Of a stretch of DNA of 64,000 bases, positions 45,784-56,196 are shown piece after piece. The notes beneath the pieces were generated by a model. That model was not told where the DNA came from. It made no database searches and saw nothing but the letters and a program-made list of their open reading frames with translations. How positions within the stretch are numbered: the stretch's first letter is position 1; each line of letters opens with the position of its first letter. The position numbers were made by a program, and so were the translations under genes. Origin of the DNA: a virus; the IMG/VR virus record IMGVR_UViG_3300027754_000047, positions 65,473 to 129,472 of that record; one strand, written 5' to 3'.

Positions 45784-48671
45784 AATTCTACCCCTAAACC
45801 TACAGAGAATGGACTTACAGGTACATTCACATATTCAAAGCTATCTGGGTTGGGCAAGCAACGACTATACAAGCCACGTTGGCCCTGGCCGCTGCTAAGG
45901 GGATAGGACGCTGTGTATATGAAGCCCACAGGATCCGTTACACTAGGCGGTATAGCAAACTCACTTCCACTAGGTGTTTGTATTACAAATTCAGTACCGG
46001 AGGTATTGGGCGATAGTCCAAGGTTTACGATACCGCACGACACGTATTGCTCGGCAGCGGCATCAAAGACCTTAAGGTTTAGTTCCAACTGAGCTCCATT
46101 TGGACCAATGTATACGAATTCTGGAAACGTAATGCGGTATACATCAGGATCGTCAGGATTCGCCGCAGGAGTTTTTGTTATGCTTTGCGCCTTAACTGGG
46201 GCGCACGGATTCACCGACTTCTTGTTTGGCGCAATATAAATGGTCCTAGTGGTATCCGCAATTACATTCGAGCTGCAAGGTTCGCAATTTTCGGTACCTT
46301 CGTAGCTAAAGTGTAACCCGGTAGTTATCGGGTAAGTCGTATTGTTTAGGTTGACTATCTTCCTAAACGTAGGATCCACAATAACCAATCCGGCTGTAAG
46401 CATAATATACCCGGTGCAAGGCTCCATGCAATTAGCAGGCAAAGCTGCAGAGGTGGAACAAGCCGACGGTATTGGTAAAGCTGCAACATCAGCGGTAACG
46501 GTTAAGAAACCGGTTTCGCCCAAGGTGGAAATCACTTGAGCTCCAGGGTTTACTCCCTTAAAGTACACATAGGCTCCTTCCTTTAATACCGCAATCATTA
46601 AAGGAGTATTTGCCTCTAATGTATGCTGTACTGCTGCAGTAGAGCCGTCTAAGCTGGTTATAGTTTCGGTAGCTGTCATTGCCTCAGCATTAAATACCGA
46701 CACCCTTAAAGAGGTGGAGCAAAGGCAAACATTTACCTTTTTGTTGTTCTCAGCCAGTGCTTGAATCTGCAATTTGAAGTTCTGCTGCGGCCAAGTTCGG
46801 AATCTAGGATTAACTCTATCGTGAGTACTGCAGCAAGCCAACTCATTTGCAAATTGGGTAGCCACTGAGTTATAAATTTTAGCTATTCGATTAAATTCTT
46901 TTGCCAATCGAGCATAGATTATACCGTAAGCTTTAACAAATCTTTGAGTGCCTTCGTAGTCAGTACACCTGCAGCAAGGAGCGCAATGGCTGTCTAGTTT
47001 TATTCGGTTTTTTCTTAAGTCAGCATCCAGGCTTAGGCAACCTGCGTTTTCTGGGGCTAGGTTAACTGCGCCCTTACTATCAGGAGTAAGCCCATTAATA
47101 CTGGTTAAGAATTCATCAGTAGTAGGAACCCCTATACAAGGCTGCAGCCCGGTACCTGCCCCTGCTACAACACCTAGATTAAGTACAGCTGGCACATTAG
47201 TAGGCCAAGTAGAACTTATATCGTAGTTAGTGCCTGCTTTCAGTTCCACTATAGTTTTAGCGTAATTAACATTTACATCTAACGGTAACTGGTTAGAAAC
47301 TAACGTGGTTAATCCTACAATAGGCTCTAAGGCTGCCGGCCCTAGCCAGTATTCCTGGCCGCCAGCTTCAATAGGCGGAGTACTCATACGTAGGTCTTCT
47401 CTAAAGACGTAAGTAAAGAAGCAATCAAGTGCAACGTTTTTAATGAAGCCAGTTACGTACTTGTAGTCGTGGGTAAGTTCTGCGGCATTCGTGGAGTTAA
47501 AATCACTGTTGGTAAACAGCACACCGCCATCAGCAATAAGCTCGCACTTAAATCGATAAGTTAACGGCGCTCCAGGAGTAATTTGTAGGCGGCTTATACG
47601 GGCATTCTTTATAAGTTCAACTGGCCCGACTAATTTAGCGTAAACTAACGGGGCTGCGCTTGAGGTTACGTTCATAAACGCCATGCCATTACTTTCTGCT
47701 TCTTCTAAGAAACCTGCAGCATAAGTCATGGAACTAGTAGTTGGATCCGCACCTCCTACGAAACCTAAATTGGCTCTGCTGGTAACCCCTGCAGTAGCCA
47801 ATTTAGGCGCCAGCCAATCCCAAGTAGCATTGTCTCCAAAGTGAACATTGGGGGCGCCACTAAGGTAAAAAGCGCCATATAAGTAAGTTTGCCCATTGTG
47901 GGTAACTAGAAGCGGAGTGCCGCTGTCGCCAACCCAAAATTGCAAGGGTATTGGAAAATCTTGATTAACAGTGTTGTAGCCTACTAAGGAGTCATGAGGC
48001 ATAGTGATTCCGCCGGTATCACTCACGCTTGCCGTTACTGTGTTTTGGTACGCCACAAAACTACCATTAGGAGTCTGCGCCCAAAACATGGTGTAGCTGG
48101 GCACTGTTACCGGGTCAACTATTTCATACGGAGTTACGTGCTGTAACTCTTGCTCAGTTAGAGGAGGGTCAAACTCGTATAAGTTCAAATCCCCCTTCGT
48201 GGATAAAAAGGTACCGACTCGGGTAATTATTTGACCGTTATTACCTAGTAGAGTAATAGTGGTACTAGTAGTGCTAGCGCCTGTAAAGTGCTTACACGCT
48301 AAGAAGTGCCTATCACTAACTAGGTAAAGCGGCGGCGAGCCGGGATTCCAGTTGTTTGTATCTAATAGATTAGTATACGGGTAAGTTTCTGCTAAGTAGT
48401 TTGAGAGAGAAGGTTTGTAATAGAATTCCCAAGGCGTCAGGTATGTGTTAGAGCCCCTATTCCTTGCTTGCAGGCCGCTCCAATTAGGTACGGCTATACC
48501 GCCTAAACCTAGATTCCAAAGCCCGGCGGTATTATATCCTGTTACTTGGGCTTGGACTCGGCTATCTACTGGCTCATGTGCACTGGGCGGCAACTCAACA
48601 ACCAACACCATCGGCGCCTCGTTAAAGGTGTAGATGTCGTGAGCAACGGCGTTGTAGTTACCGATCTTCAT
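45780..48671 (-). CDS. Tail-module protein with N-terminal trypsin-like serine protease domain
   Basis: LVSDRHFLACKH, GDLNLYEF, VGDSGTP; then FLTSINGLTPDSKGAVNL, CAPCCRC and a coiled coil. Confidence 0.75.
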   Translation of the reverse strand: MKIGNYNAVAHDIYTFNEAPMVLVVELPPSAHEPVDSRVQAQVTGYNTAGLWNLGLGGIAVPNWSGLQARNRGSNTYLTPWEFYYKPSLSNYLAETYPYTNLLDTNNWNPGSPPLYLVSDRHFLACKHFTGASTTSTTITLLGNNGQIITRVGTFLSTKGDLNLYEFDPPLTEQELQHVTPYEIVDPVTVPSYTMFWAQTPNGSFVAYQNTVTASVSDTGGITMPHDSLVGYNTVNQDFPIPLQFWVGDSGTPLLVTHNGQTYLYGAFYLSGAPNVHFGDNATWDWLAPKLATAGVTSRANLGFVGGADPTTSSMTYAAGFLEEAESNGMAFMNVTSSAAPLVYAKLVGPVELIKNARISRLQITPGAPLTYRFKCELIADGGVLFTNSDFNSTNAAELTHDYKYVTGFIKNVALDCFFTYVFREDLRMSTPPIEAGGQEYWLGPAALEPIVGLTTLVSNQLPLDVNVNYAKTIVELKAGTNYDISSTWPTNVPAVLNLGVVAGAGTGLQPCIGVPTTDEFLTSINGLTPDSKGAVNLAPENAGCLSLDADLRKNRIKLDSHCAPCCRCTDYEGTQRFVKAYGIIYARLAKEFNRIAKIYNSVATQFANELACCSTHDRVNPRFRTWPQQNFKLQIQALAENNKKVNVCLCSTSLRVSVFNAEAMTATETITSLDGSTAAVQHTLEANTPLMIAVLKEGAYVYFKGVNPGAQVISTLGETGFLTVTADVAALPIPSACSTSAALPANCMEPCTGYIMLTAGLVIVDPTFRKIVNLNNTTYPITTGLHFSYEGTENCEPCSSNVIADTTRTIYIAPNKKSVNPCAPVKAQSITKTPAANPDDPDVYRITFPEFVYIGPNGAQLELNLKVFDAAAEQYVSCGIVNLGLSPNTSGTEFVIQTPSGSEFAIPPSVTDPVGFIYTASYPLSSGQGQRGLYSRCLPNPDSFEYVNVPVSPFSVGLGVEL

Positions 48672-48677
48672 AAACGT

Positions 48678-49706
48678 TTAGGTTGGATCTTGCGCGCAAC
48701 TGGTTGAGTCAATCTGGGAACCTAAGCAGGTGTTTTGTAGTGAGTTTGTGCCGCTGGCTAGTATAGCCATTTGAGCTTGCAATAGCCCCAAATTAGTAGT
48801 TAAAGCTTCTACGTCAGCTACTAGTACTTGTAGTTCATTACAACCACAACCGGGTTTAGCGCAAGTATCCGCGATATCTATAGTTGAAGTACTTTCTTCA
48901 CTGGTAACACTTATGCAATCGCTACCTACCAGAGTTATGTTACCTAAAGTAGTTGGAGGTACGTTGTTTATAGTACGAATACACGGACCCAGCTCTACGT
49001 CGCTGCAAGGGCAAATATCAGCTAGGCCTTGCCCGTCTATAGCATTAAAGTTAAGTACATACCCTGCAGTAGCAGAGCCAGTCACAGCTATATTGTGATT
49101 GGGGCCGCTGGTTAGTGTAATCTGGCCGTGTAGTAACGGGCTTAAGTTGCCTGCACTGGCTACCTTAAAACCGCTAATACGTCTGGGGCCAAAGGATACA
49201 ACCGAAGCCTCTAAGCGACCTTCTGGTAAACTGAAGGATATTCTGCCGCCTAGGCCTTGTAGCCCAGAGATATTACCTAGAGTAAGTACGCCGTAGCTAC
49301 CAGAGAAATCGTATTCTGCCTTAGAGTTTACTGTAAAAGTTGAACCTAGCAATTGCACCGTGCTGTACGGCTCAAATGTTGCAAAACTAATAGGCTCCGA
49401 CACAGCCACAACTGTAGCTGTGTTAAAGGGAAATAAGATGCTGTTATTCGCACCCACACTAACCACAAAACCTTGCGGGTACACGTCGATATGTAATATT
49501 TGAAAAGTAGCAGGGTGGAAACTGAATACGGCACTATCCGTTGTGAGGGTGTTAAATACGTACGGCACTGCTAACTTCATATCTACAAATAAATCATCAG
49601 GCAGTTTAAAGCCTGTTTGACTAGACACTCCGGTGGCCGATTGGCTTAAAGGATAGTTTCGTAGTGAGTTAGTATTTAACCAGCCTGTACCTAGGACATT
49701 AGCCAT
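48678..49706 (-). CDS. Tail-module paralog
   Basis: WLNTNSLRNYPL; LHGQITLTSGPN; CIRTINNVPPTTLGNITL; CAKPGCGCNEL plus coiled coil; AGGAGG RBS. Confidence 0.7.
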   Translation of the reverse strand: MANVLGTGWLNTNSLRNYPLSQSATGVSSQTGFKLPDDLFVDMKLAVPYVFNTLTTDSAVFSFHPATFQILHIDVYPQGFVVSVGANNSILFPFNTATVVAVSEPISFATFEPYSTVQLLGSTFTVNSKAEYDFSGSYGVLTLGNISGLQGLGGRISFSLPEGRLEASVVSFGPRRISGFKVASAGNLSPLLHGQITLTSGPNHNIAVTGSATAGYVLNFNAIDGQGLADICPCSDVELGPCIRTINNVPPTTLGNITLVGSDCISVTSEESTSTIDIADTCAKPGCGCNELQVLVADVEALTTNLGLLQAQMAILASGTNSLQNTCLGSQIDSTSCAQDPT

Positions 49707-49771
49707 GTGGCCTCCTTTTAGAAGCCCAGTTTAACTAAGCTTGGGCTTATAGCAACTTACCTAAGCCGCTA

Positions 49772-51946
49772 TTAGATCTTTACGAATTTGTACGAAATAG
49801 CAGCAATAGCAAACTTAGTAGGGTATGAGTCTGATGCGGCTCGGGCTAGTTTAAAGTATACGCTAGAGTTTGGATACACGGTGAGTAGGTTAGTCACTTT
49901 ACGGAAACACTCCCTAGGGTAAACAGGGCTTGCATAGGGTGTTACAACTATAGCTGCTGCAGATTGAGTACAAGCACTTAAGTTGAACTTAGTTGTAGGG
50001 TCTAGCAGACTTACCCAGGTTAAACTTAAATCTGGTGGCTGGATAGCCCCTGAGGTGTGCAGTGCAATAAAGGTACAGTTTAGTTCCACCCTATAAGTAC
50101 CAGCAGCTAAGTAACTAGGTACGTCGATCTTACCTAGTATAGAAGAAGCTTTACCTTTAGGAAAAACAGAATAGAAGATGTTTAGCGTTAAATCTTTCTC
50201 TACCAGGATATCGTCAATGGCAAGAATATCTGGCTGGCCTTCTAACTTGCCATCTAGGCCTACAATACTTAAGGTCACTTCACCCTGGCCGCCAAGGTGG
50301 GTAGACGTTAGGGCAAGGTTATTACCTACAGCAATACGCTCTACTACTCGGCCTCGCTTCATAGCAAAGCCGGTAAGATCTTTAACTACCAACGAACCTG
50401 TTTCAGTACTACTAGCGTCTGTAACGGCAAATCCCGCCCTTAGTACCAAGGGGCCACTACTAGCTTGGTTACCTTGAGGGTCTAAGATTGTAATGCCTGA
50501 ATCAGGGGCAGTTTCTAAGCTGGTTACAACTTTTACCCCACCTGTTACCAGCTTAGCGTACACCAAGTGCAGTTCACTAGGCATGATTAACTGGCTAACT
50601 TCCGAGCCTAGCCAGTTAGCTAAGGTTATTTGCACCTCTGGTAAGATGTTATTATTGTTGACAGTATGCCACGGCACTTGCGCCAACGAATCCATCCACC
50701 AGATACCACTTTGGTTGACTACAGCGACTTGGTCGGACAAGCCAACGCCGTCTTTAGTTACTATGTAAGCAGTTACTATGTCTTCTGGGAATAGCTGTTG
50801 TAACGTGGTATCTTTTTTAACGTTATACCCGTAGCGAGCGCCGGCAGGAATAGTGGAGTTATTAAACACCTCGTTGCCTGCAGGTAACCAACCAGGTAAG
50901 TTAGAGTCTATTAACAAGCTGTCTAACACCCAACCTACCCCAGCATCTGAATAAACAGGACTTACATAACAAGTATTAGTTGCGTTACTTGTAGCCAATA
51001 CGTGCCCTGTAATAGCGCCTACCTGCTTCATGTAAATGCCGTTGACGCCTGCATTCAGAAATACGTTAGCATAGCTGCCTTGGGCCGTAGCTAAAGCTTT
51101 AACCAAATCCTCGGTCATCGTTATGTCGTTGATTTGGACCTGGTTATTGGCTGCGTTATACCTAAGTACGGTACCAGTTAAGTAGACTGTTGCTTCGTCT
51201 AAGGTCGGCGCCCCCTGGGTGGGAGTCTGCTGGTTACCTACGTAAACCCGTACTTTACTACCTACAGCTGGTGGGTTACTAAAAGCAGTAAGAGTGTCGG
51301 CTACATATCTATTAAAGATAATATCTGCTCCGGCTACCTTATTGTTTAATTTAAACTTTAAAGCTTGAGTTTCTAGAGTAGCAACTACTGGTGGGCGAAT
51401 TAATAAGTTGGTAGGACTGACCAAGTTACACACTGGAGCGTTCAATAGCCCAGGCTTACTACTGAGTTTACCTGCATTGAGTTGCCCGGAGCAAAGATAT
51501 AATATTCCTCGGTCTGCTGGATCCAACAGCATGTTTGATAGCATTGGTACAAATTGACAATCCACGTCATCGTACTGGTCGGGATCTAGCCAACCTTCAA
51601 TAGCTATAACGCCAGAGTCTAAAGTATCTTTGTAGATAACCACTCCAACTACTGCTGCCGCAGTACCGGGTTGTACTACTCCGTTTTTGAACTCTAAGGT
51701 TGCATAAGCCGGAGCAAACTTATTTGCACCTACGTCAAAGTAAACTGCATGGCCTGTTTTGACTGCGCTAGTAATGGGGGCGCCGGTAATGAAGATAGCT
51801 TGGGCTAAGCTTTGAGCATCTTGCCGTACCTTTAAGTGCTCGGTTCTGCTTACCAACTGCCCAATAGCTCGATTGGCAACTTCTGCCGTTACCGGCTCTC
51901 CGTTACGTACAAGGTCTATAATGCTTTGCCAAGATTGAATAGCCAT
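49772..51946 (-). CDS. Putative tail fibre / baseplate-attached structural protein
   Basis: N-terminal GEPVTAEVANRAIGQLVSRTEHLK resembles fibre attachment domains; beta-rich; lies downstream of the baseplate genes. Confidence 0.6.
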   Translation of the reverse strand: MAIQSWQSIIDLVRNGEPVTAEVANRAIGQLVSRTEHLKVRQDAQSLAQAIFITGAPITSAVKTGHAVYFDVGANKFAPAYATLEFKNGVVQPGTAAAVVGVVIYKDTLDSGVIAIEGWLDPDQYDDVDCQFVPMLSNMLLDPADRGILYLCSGQLNAGKLSSKPGLLNAPVCNLVSPTNLLIRPPVVATLETQALKFKLNNKVAGADIIFNRYVADTLTAFSNPPAVGSKVRVYVGNQQTPTQGAPTLDEATVYLTGTVLRYNAANNQVQINDITMTEDLVKALATAQGSYANVFLNAGVNGIYMKQVGAITGHVLATSNATNTCYVSPVYSDAGVGWVLDSLLIDSNLPGWLPAGNEVFNNSTIPAGARYGYNVKKDTTLQQLFPEDIVTAYIVTKDGVGLSDQVAVVNQSGIWWMDSLAQVPWHTVNNNNILPEVQITLANWLGSEVSQLIMPSELHLVYAKLVTGGVKVVTSLETAPDSGITILDPQGNQASSGPLVLRAGFAVTDASSTETGSLVVKDLTGFAMKRGRVVERIAVGNNLALTSTHLGGQGEVTLSIVGLDGKLEGQPDILAIDDILVEKDLTLNIFYSVFPKGKASSILGKIDVPSYLAAGTYRVELNCTFIALHTSGAIQPPDLSLTWVSLLDPTTKFNLSACTQSAAAIVVTPYASPVYPRECFRKVTNLLTVYPNSSVYFKLARAASDSYPTKFAIAAISYKFVKI

Positions 51947-51951
51947 AAGAG

Positions 51952-52464
51952 TTACGTAGCCTTAATAGAATTAACGGTAAATGGGAAAGTAATGAACAGC
52001 TCGGAAGCTGCAGTCTTGGTAAGGCGTTCCGAGTCAATTGTGAAGTAGGACCTAGCTACAACGATATCCTTAGTGCGGTCATTTTCATCTAAGGCAACTA
52101 CCAAGGCAGCACCGTAGCAAATAGAGCCGTTAGCAAAGTTTGCTCCGTTTGCATTTACACCTACGTTACCTGGCGCTGATTGAGCTAAATAAGTGGTTAT
52201 TGTTTGCCCGGTAGTAGGGGTGCTAGTGCCAGCTAGAAATGGACTACGAACAGCTGGTACTCGCAGGTAATTATTGGTATTAGCTAATCCGGTGTAGTAG
52301 GTCAATGGTACGTCAAAATTAGGCACTACTGCAACGGTGGTATAGGCAGGTATGGTGCCTGCGGAGTTGGTGTATTCCAAGTACACGTACATCTTTATAG
52401 GGCGTTCATTAAGCGCCTCAGATATAGCTGCAGGTAGAGTGCCGGTGGGTACAGTTATTGACAT
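51952..52464 (-). CDS. Hypothetical baseplate/tail-associated protein
   Basis: 170 aa in the tail operon. Confidence 0.6.
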   Translation of the reverse strand: MSITVPTGTLPAAISEALNERPIKMYVYLEYTNSAGTIPAYTTVAVVPNFDVPLTYYTGLANTNNYLRVPAVRSPFLAGTSTPTTGQTITTYLAQSAPGNVGVNANGANFANGSICYGAALVVALDENDRTKDIVVARSYFTIDSERLTKTAASELFITFPFTVNSIKAT

Positions 52465-52474
52465 AGGTTAGCCT

Positions 52475-53647
52475 CTAAAATCCGTAAGAGCCGTATCTTA
52501 GCGTAGATTGGTTCTTTATGTTGATATTCCAATTGTTTTTAAAAGCGTCAGCGTTAGTGTCGATTACAGGGGCCAAAGTTGCAGTTACTGCGCAGCTAAA
52601 AGCAGTATTAGGTAGCACTAAGGCCGCCGTAGTTTTGTTGGTGTAAATTAACACCTTAGAGTCTAGCGGCAACACTTGTTTTAAATACTTTAAACCCACT
52701 ACATTAGGCCCTGCTACATCAGCCTTTATAATATATACGTTACTAGGCCGGGCCAATGTTTGGCCCCATTTTAAATTCTTATTAACGATCCAGTCGGCAG
52801 GCAATGCTAAGCCCAAGTCGGGAGTCATACTGTGTAGCACTTCCAAGCCGCTACCTAAAGGAGTACCTTGTTTAATGATTTGGCCTGTTGCTACTTTGAC
52901 CGTTTGAGTCTTAGGTATGAAATATGCAGCCAAATCCGTAACTACTGCAGCGCCTTCTTTTAAATAGTTGATAGTTTGTACTACTTCCGTTGAGTACTCG
53001 CTAATAGGACTGTTGGAACATAAAGCCAATAACCGCATCAGGTTATAGTGATTTGGGCCGTAAGTATACAAACGCCAGTACTCGGCTAATGGTAGTTGCC
53101 TAAACACTTGATCGCTTAGATTAACATCGATTACATAGCCTAATTGGCGATAAGCAAACCCGGTATCCCGTACAACATTTCTGGCGTAGTAGTTTGTAGT
53201 GGTAACTAGGGGATTTCTAAACGTGAGTTGCCCAGCAGTCAGTACGTAATCTACTCCAGCTGTAAGCACTACCGTGGGATTTACTACATCGTCATATAAG
53301 AACGGTATAGCTATAACCTCATTAGGTACGGTATATACCGACTTGTTATCAATTACTTCTCCGTAGTAGTAACTAATTCCGTATTTGCCGTTTACATCTC
53401 CGCCGTGAGTTACGTTAGGGTAGGTGCTGCTATTGAATACCAGCTGTTCCCAGGTAGTAGTTTGCCCTGCTGGTACGGTAAGGTTGGACGTAGCCATTAC
53501 CAGCTCCGTAACCTTTTGCTCTGATTGAGTATGGTTAAATAGCAACCCCTTAGCCAAACTATCAGTAATGGCTTTAGTAGCAACCATACTGGACCAGAAA
53601 GATCCAATAAGCCGCATAAGGGATTTTGTACTTAACCTGGTCAACAT
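52475..53647 (-). CDS. Putative baseplate wedge protein
   Basis: Immediately downstream of baseplate J; LIGSFWS, LTAGVDYVL. Confidence 0.55.
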   Translation of the reverse strand: MLTRLSTKSLMRLIGSFWSSMVATKAITDSLAKGLLFNHTQSEQKVTELVMATSNLTVPAGQTTTWEQLVFNSSTYPNVTHGGDVNGKYGISYYYGEVIDNKSVYTVPNEVIAIPFLYDDVVNPTVVLTAGVDYVLTAGQLTFRNPLVTTTNYYARNVVRDTGFAYRQLGYVIDVNLSDQVFRQLPLAEYWRLYTYGPNHYNLMRLLALCSNSPISEYSTEVVQTINYLKEGAAVVTDLAAYFIPKTQTVKVATGQIIKQGTPLGSGLEVLHSMTPDLGLALPADWIVNKNLKWGQTLARPSNVYIIKADVAGPNVVGLKYLKQVLPLDSKVLIYTNKTTAALVLPNTAFSCAVTATLAPVIDTNADAFKNNWNINIKNQSTLRYGSYGF

Positions 53648-55323
53648 TCTTTAATACTCACATCAATCATATTGGATTCAAGGTAAAAGGCAACAGTGTT
53701 GGGTGACACTCCTTTAGCATAATTAGTCGGAGGCTTAAGTGCATCGGCGGAGAACATAACATCTTCGCTTAGATCTGGATTAATGACCACCCCATACATG
53801 TGCAGCGGCAAGTCTACGGTATAGCCTTCAGGTAGGTTGTTATACGCCACGTGAATTAAGGCGCTGCCTGGAATGGTGGCCCCAAAACCGTAAGAGTTGA
53901 ACTTGGCAGCAATAGCCGCTTTAACCTTTACAAGATCTGCTGTTGGAGCTCCTGCTTGTTTAAGCAATCGCAGCTGTATGCTGCAAAGTACCGGAACTGG
54001 AGCGTGCACCATAATATCTGCGCTAAGGCTGCGTTCGGCCGCAGAGTCTACGTATGCTTGAATTTCAACTAAGTCTGGTAGTTTTAAGTACTCTAAATAG
54101 AACTTGTAATAAGCATTAGTTTGCTGGTGGATGATCCACAGGTTAGTTGTATTAGGGTACCAGCTCCCGTAAGCTGGATGGCTCCCGTCCTTGCTCCAAG
54201 CTTCTAGTAAGTTAACCCACGGGACGTAGAAACGCACTACAACTTTTTGAAAAGCAGAAAAAGCATTAGTACTCGGATCGATCAGTAAGTGCTGGCCGGA
54301 CTCTTCTAAAGTACGGGTATCGCTTGCAAACTCTAACGAACCCAACTGGGTTAGTAGGCTTCTTATACTCTCAACTACATATAAGCCTGCAGCCTTACTT
54401 GCTGGAAGGGTAATTTCAAAAAGCCCTTCTCGGCTAGTGTCGTTCCAGCTAATAAACTTAGGCACTATTTGTTCTTGAATGCGAGCGGGGTAACTAGCCG
54501 TTTTAACAAAGAGATCAATGCGGCCACCTACGTGTACTTCATCTACTACGTCTCGCCGCATTTCTGGGTCTAGGAATCCAACGCAACCTACATCTAATAC
54601 TCCTGGGTATTTGTCTTTTAACTTAGCCCTAATGTGTTCTCGGCCGCCAAAGACCTTACCTACTATGCCAGTCTTAAGCTTAGCTAATAGAGCAACGTTA
54701 TCTTCCGCGTCTGCGCCGCCTATAAGATCCGCATCTACTCTGGCAGATATAAAGGTGCCTGGGCTAGGGCTAATAGCGCTTACTAGGGCTCCGCTACGCT
54801 GGTTAGCGATCGAACCCGGCTCAACGGCAGTAATATCTATCACTGCCGTGTAGGTAGCGCCACTAGCCGTTAATAGCCGTTGGTTAGCGCCAGCAGTGTA
54901 ATTAGCAGCATTTACCAGTATGTAGCCTTGAGTAGGCTGAAACACTACATCGTTAATAGTAATATTAGTAGTAGCATCAATTACAGTAGCGGTAGCATCA
55001 GTAAAGAACAGCCGCAACTTACCGGTTGCTGTGTTGCCACTAGACCGAGTAATGTTGTAGTTGCTTAAAAGGCGATCAACTTGGACCTCATCAACTACGT
55101 TAGGGTTCTTACTAATCTCTAGTAAGCTATTTGCTATCAGGGCTGTGTCTATTTGTTCTTGCATCCGCACTTCCAAGTGGGCGTACAAACGAATAACTAA
55201 ATCCCGGAGGACAGTACCTGGAGTAAGGTCTAACGTTGGAAAAGCAGCCTTAACAAAAGCTATTAAAAGCTCTTCTTTGGCGTACACCAGTTCTGCGGAT
55301 TGGTTAGCTAGAGTAGTTTCCAT
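53641..55323 (-). CDS. Baseplate J / gp6-like wedge protein
   Basis: LDLTPGTVLRDL, NYNITRSSGNTATGKLR, ITAVEPGSIAN, GGADAED, GGRIDLFV. Confidence 0.85.
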   Translation of the reverse strand: METTLANQSAELVYAKEELLIAFVKAAFPTLDLTPGTVLRDLVIRLYAHLEVRMQEQIDTALIANSLLEISKNPNVVDEVQVDRLLSNYNITRSSGNTATGKLRLFFTDATATVIDATTNITINDVVFQPTQGYILVNAANYTAGANQRLLTASGATYTAVIDITAVEPGSIANQRSGALVSAISPSPGTFISARVDADLIGGADAEDNVALLAKLKTGIVGKVFGGREHIRAKLKDKYPGVLDVGCVGFLDPEMRRDVVDEVHVGGRIDLFVKTASYPARIQEQIVPKFISWNDTSREGLFEITLPASKAAGLYVVESIRSLLTQLGSLEFASDTRTLEESGQHLLIDPSTNAFSAFQKVVVRFYVPWVNLLEAWSKDGSHPAYGSWYPNTTNLWIIHQQTNAYYKFYLEYLKLPDLVEIQAYVDSAAERSLSADIMVHAPVPVLCSIQLRLLKQAGAPTADLVKVKAAIAAKFNSYGFGATIPGSALIHVAYNNLPEGYTVDLPLHMYGVVINPDLSEDVMFSADALKPPTNYAKGVSPNTVAFYLESNMIDVSIKEC

Positions 55324-55324
55324 G

Positions 55325-55780
55325 TTATATCGTTGAAATAGTTACTGGGGCTAAGATAGTGCTTTTATCAGCAAAGGTAAACAGTAAGGTTAAAATAGCC
55401 GTATCGGCTGTTACACTTAAACCTGTCAAGTCTACCTTACGTAAAGTTTCATCGGCTACCGCTGTTAGGTTAGCACTCGTTACAAAGTACTTACAAGTAG
55501 CTACTTCTAAATTAAAACGCAAACTTAATTCAGAGTTAGTTTGAATCTGACCGCTGGTTAATCTGCTAATAAAGTCAGTACCGTACTCAAGGTCAGCAGC
55601 TACAGTGCCCTTACTGGTAAGCAGAAACTTCATAAACTTCTGCACTACTTTATAAGAGCCGCTAATAACTGAGCCAGAATCAATCAAGCCAACAGTAACC
55701 GCCGCCAAGCCTGCTTGGTTGGAAGTGTTAAAGACGCACAAATCTATAATGCGCCCTGCGTAATTTTGACTAATAGCCAC
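55325..55780 (-). CDS. gp25/GpW-like baseplate wedge subunit
   Basis: SGSYKVVQKFMKFLLTSKGTVAADLEYGT; immediately upstream of baseplate J. Confidence 0.75.
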   Translation of the reverse strand: MAISQNYAGRIIDLCVFNTSNQAGLAAVTVGLIDSGSVISGSYKVVQKFMKFLLTSKGTVAADLEYGTDFISRLTSGQIQTNSELSLRFNLEVATCKYFVTSANLTAVADETLRKVDLTGLSVTADTAILTLLFTFADKSTILAPVTISTI

Positions 55781-56196
55781 TATTCAGTTTCCCCCTTAAG
55801 GGCCAAGAAGTTTGTCATATTACGCTGTAGGTTAGCTACAATAGAATGTACGGGGTCTATGTGGTTGGCCTTGCGGGTACTCTCGTGCAATATGCGTTGT
55901 AAGCGGCCGGTGTAGCGCAGGCAAGTATCCCTATGAATAGCGGCAACAAAATCATTTTGGGCTGCAGGTTTCATAAATGCATGTGCCGTGTATTCGCCTC
56001 CGCCTCTTACGGATTGCCATTCAGCTTCTAGTTCAGCTCGATCAAAACGCTCGGCTAAACCTTTATAGCTGTTATCTCCATCCTTAGGCTCATAGAGTAA
56101 TCTAAATGGGCCTGCGGTGCGAATATCCCCGCCGCTGGAGTTGTCCTCAGCAGTTTTAGTTAAAGCTTCAAATGCATTAGTGGTGGCCTTATTCAC
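55780..56196 (-). CDS. Hypothetical protein
   Basis: 138 aa, coupled on both sides; N-terminal LTKTAE. Confidence 0.6.
   Translation of the reverse strand: MNKATTNAFEALTKTAEDNSSGGDIRTAGPFRLLYEPKDGDNSYKGLAERFDRAELEAEWQSVRGGGEYTAHAFMKPAAQNDFVAAIHRDTCLRYTGRLQRILHESTRKANHIDPVHSIVANLQRNMTNFLALKGETE

Noticed and set aside
49722-49748. Imperfect hairpin AAGCCCA...TGGGCTT upstream of the 49706 RBS
   Set aside because: The stem is short, has no U-tract and lies within a co-directional operon; too weak to call a terminator.
47628-50570. Identical heptapeptide LVYAKLV in the 963-aa and 724-aa tail proteins
   Set aside because: The flanks are unrelated and the codons differ, so it cannot be distinguished from chance.
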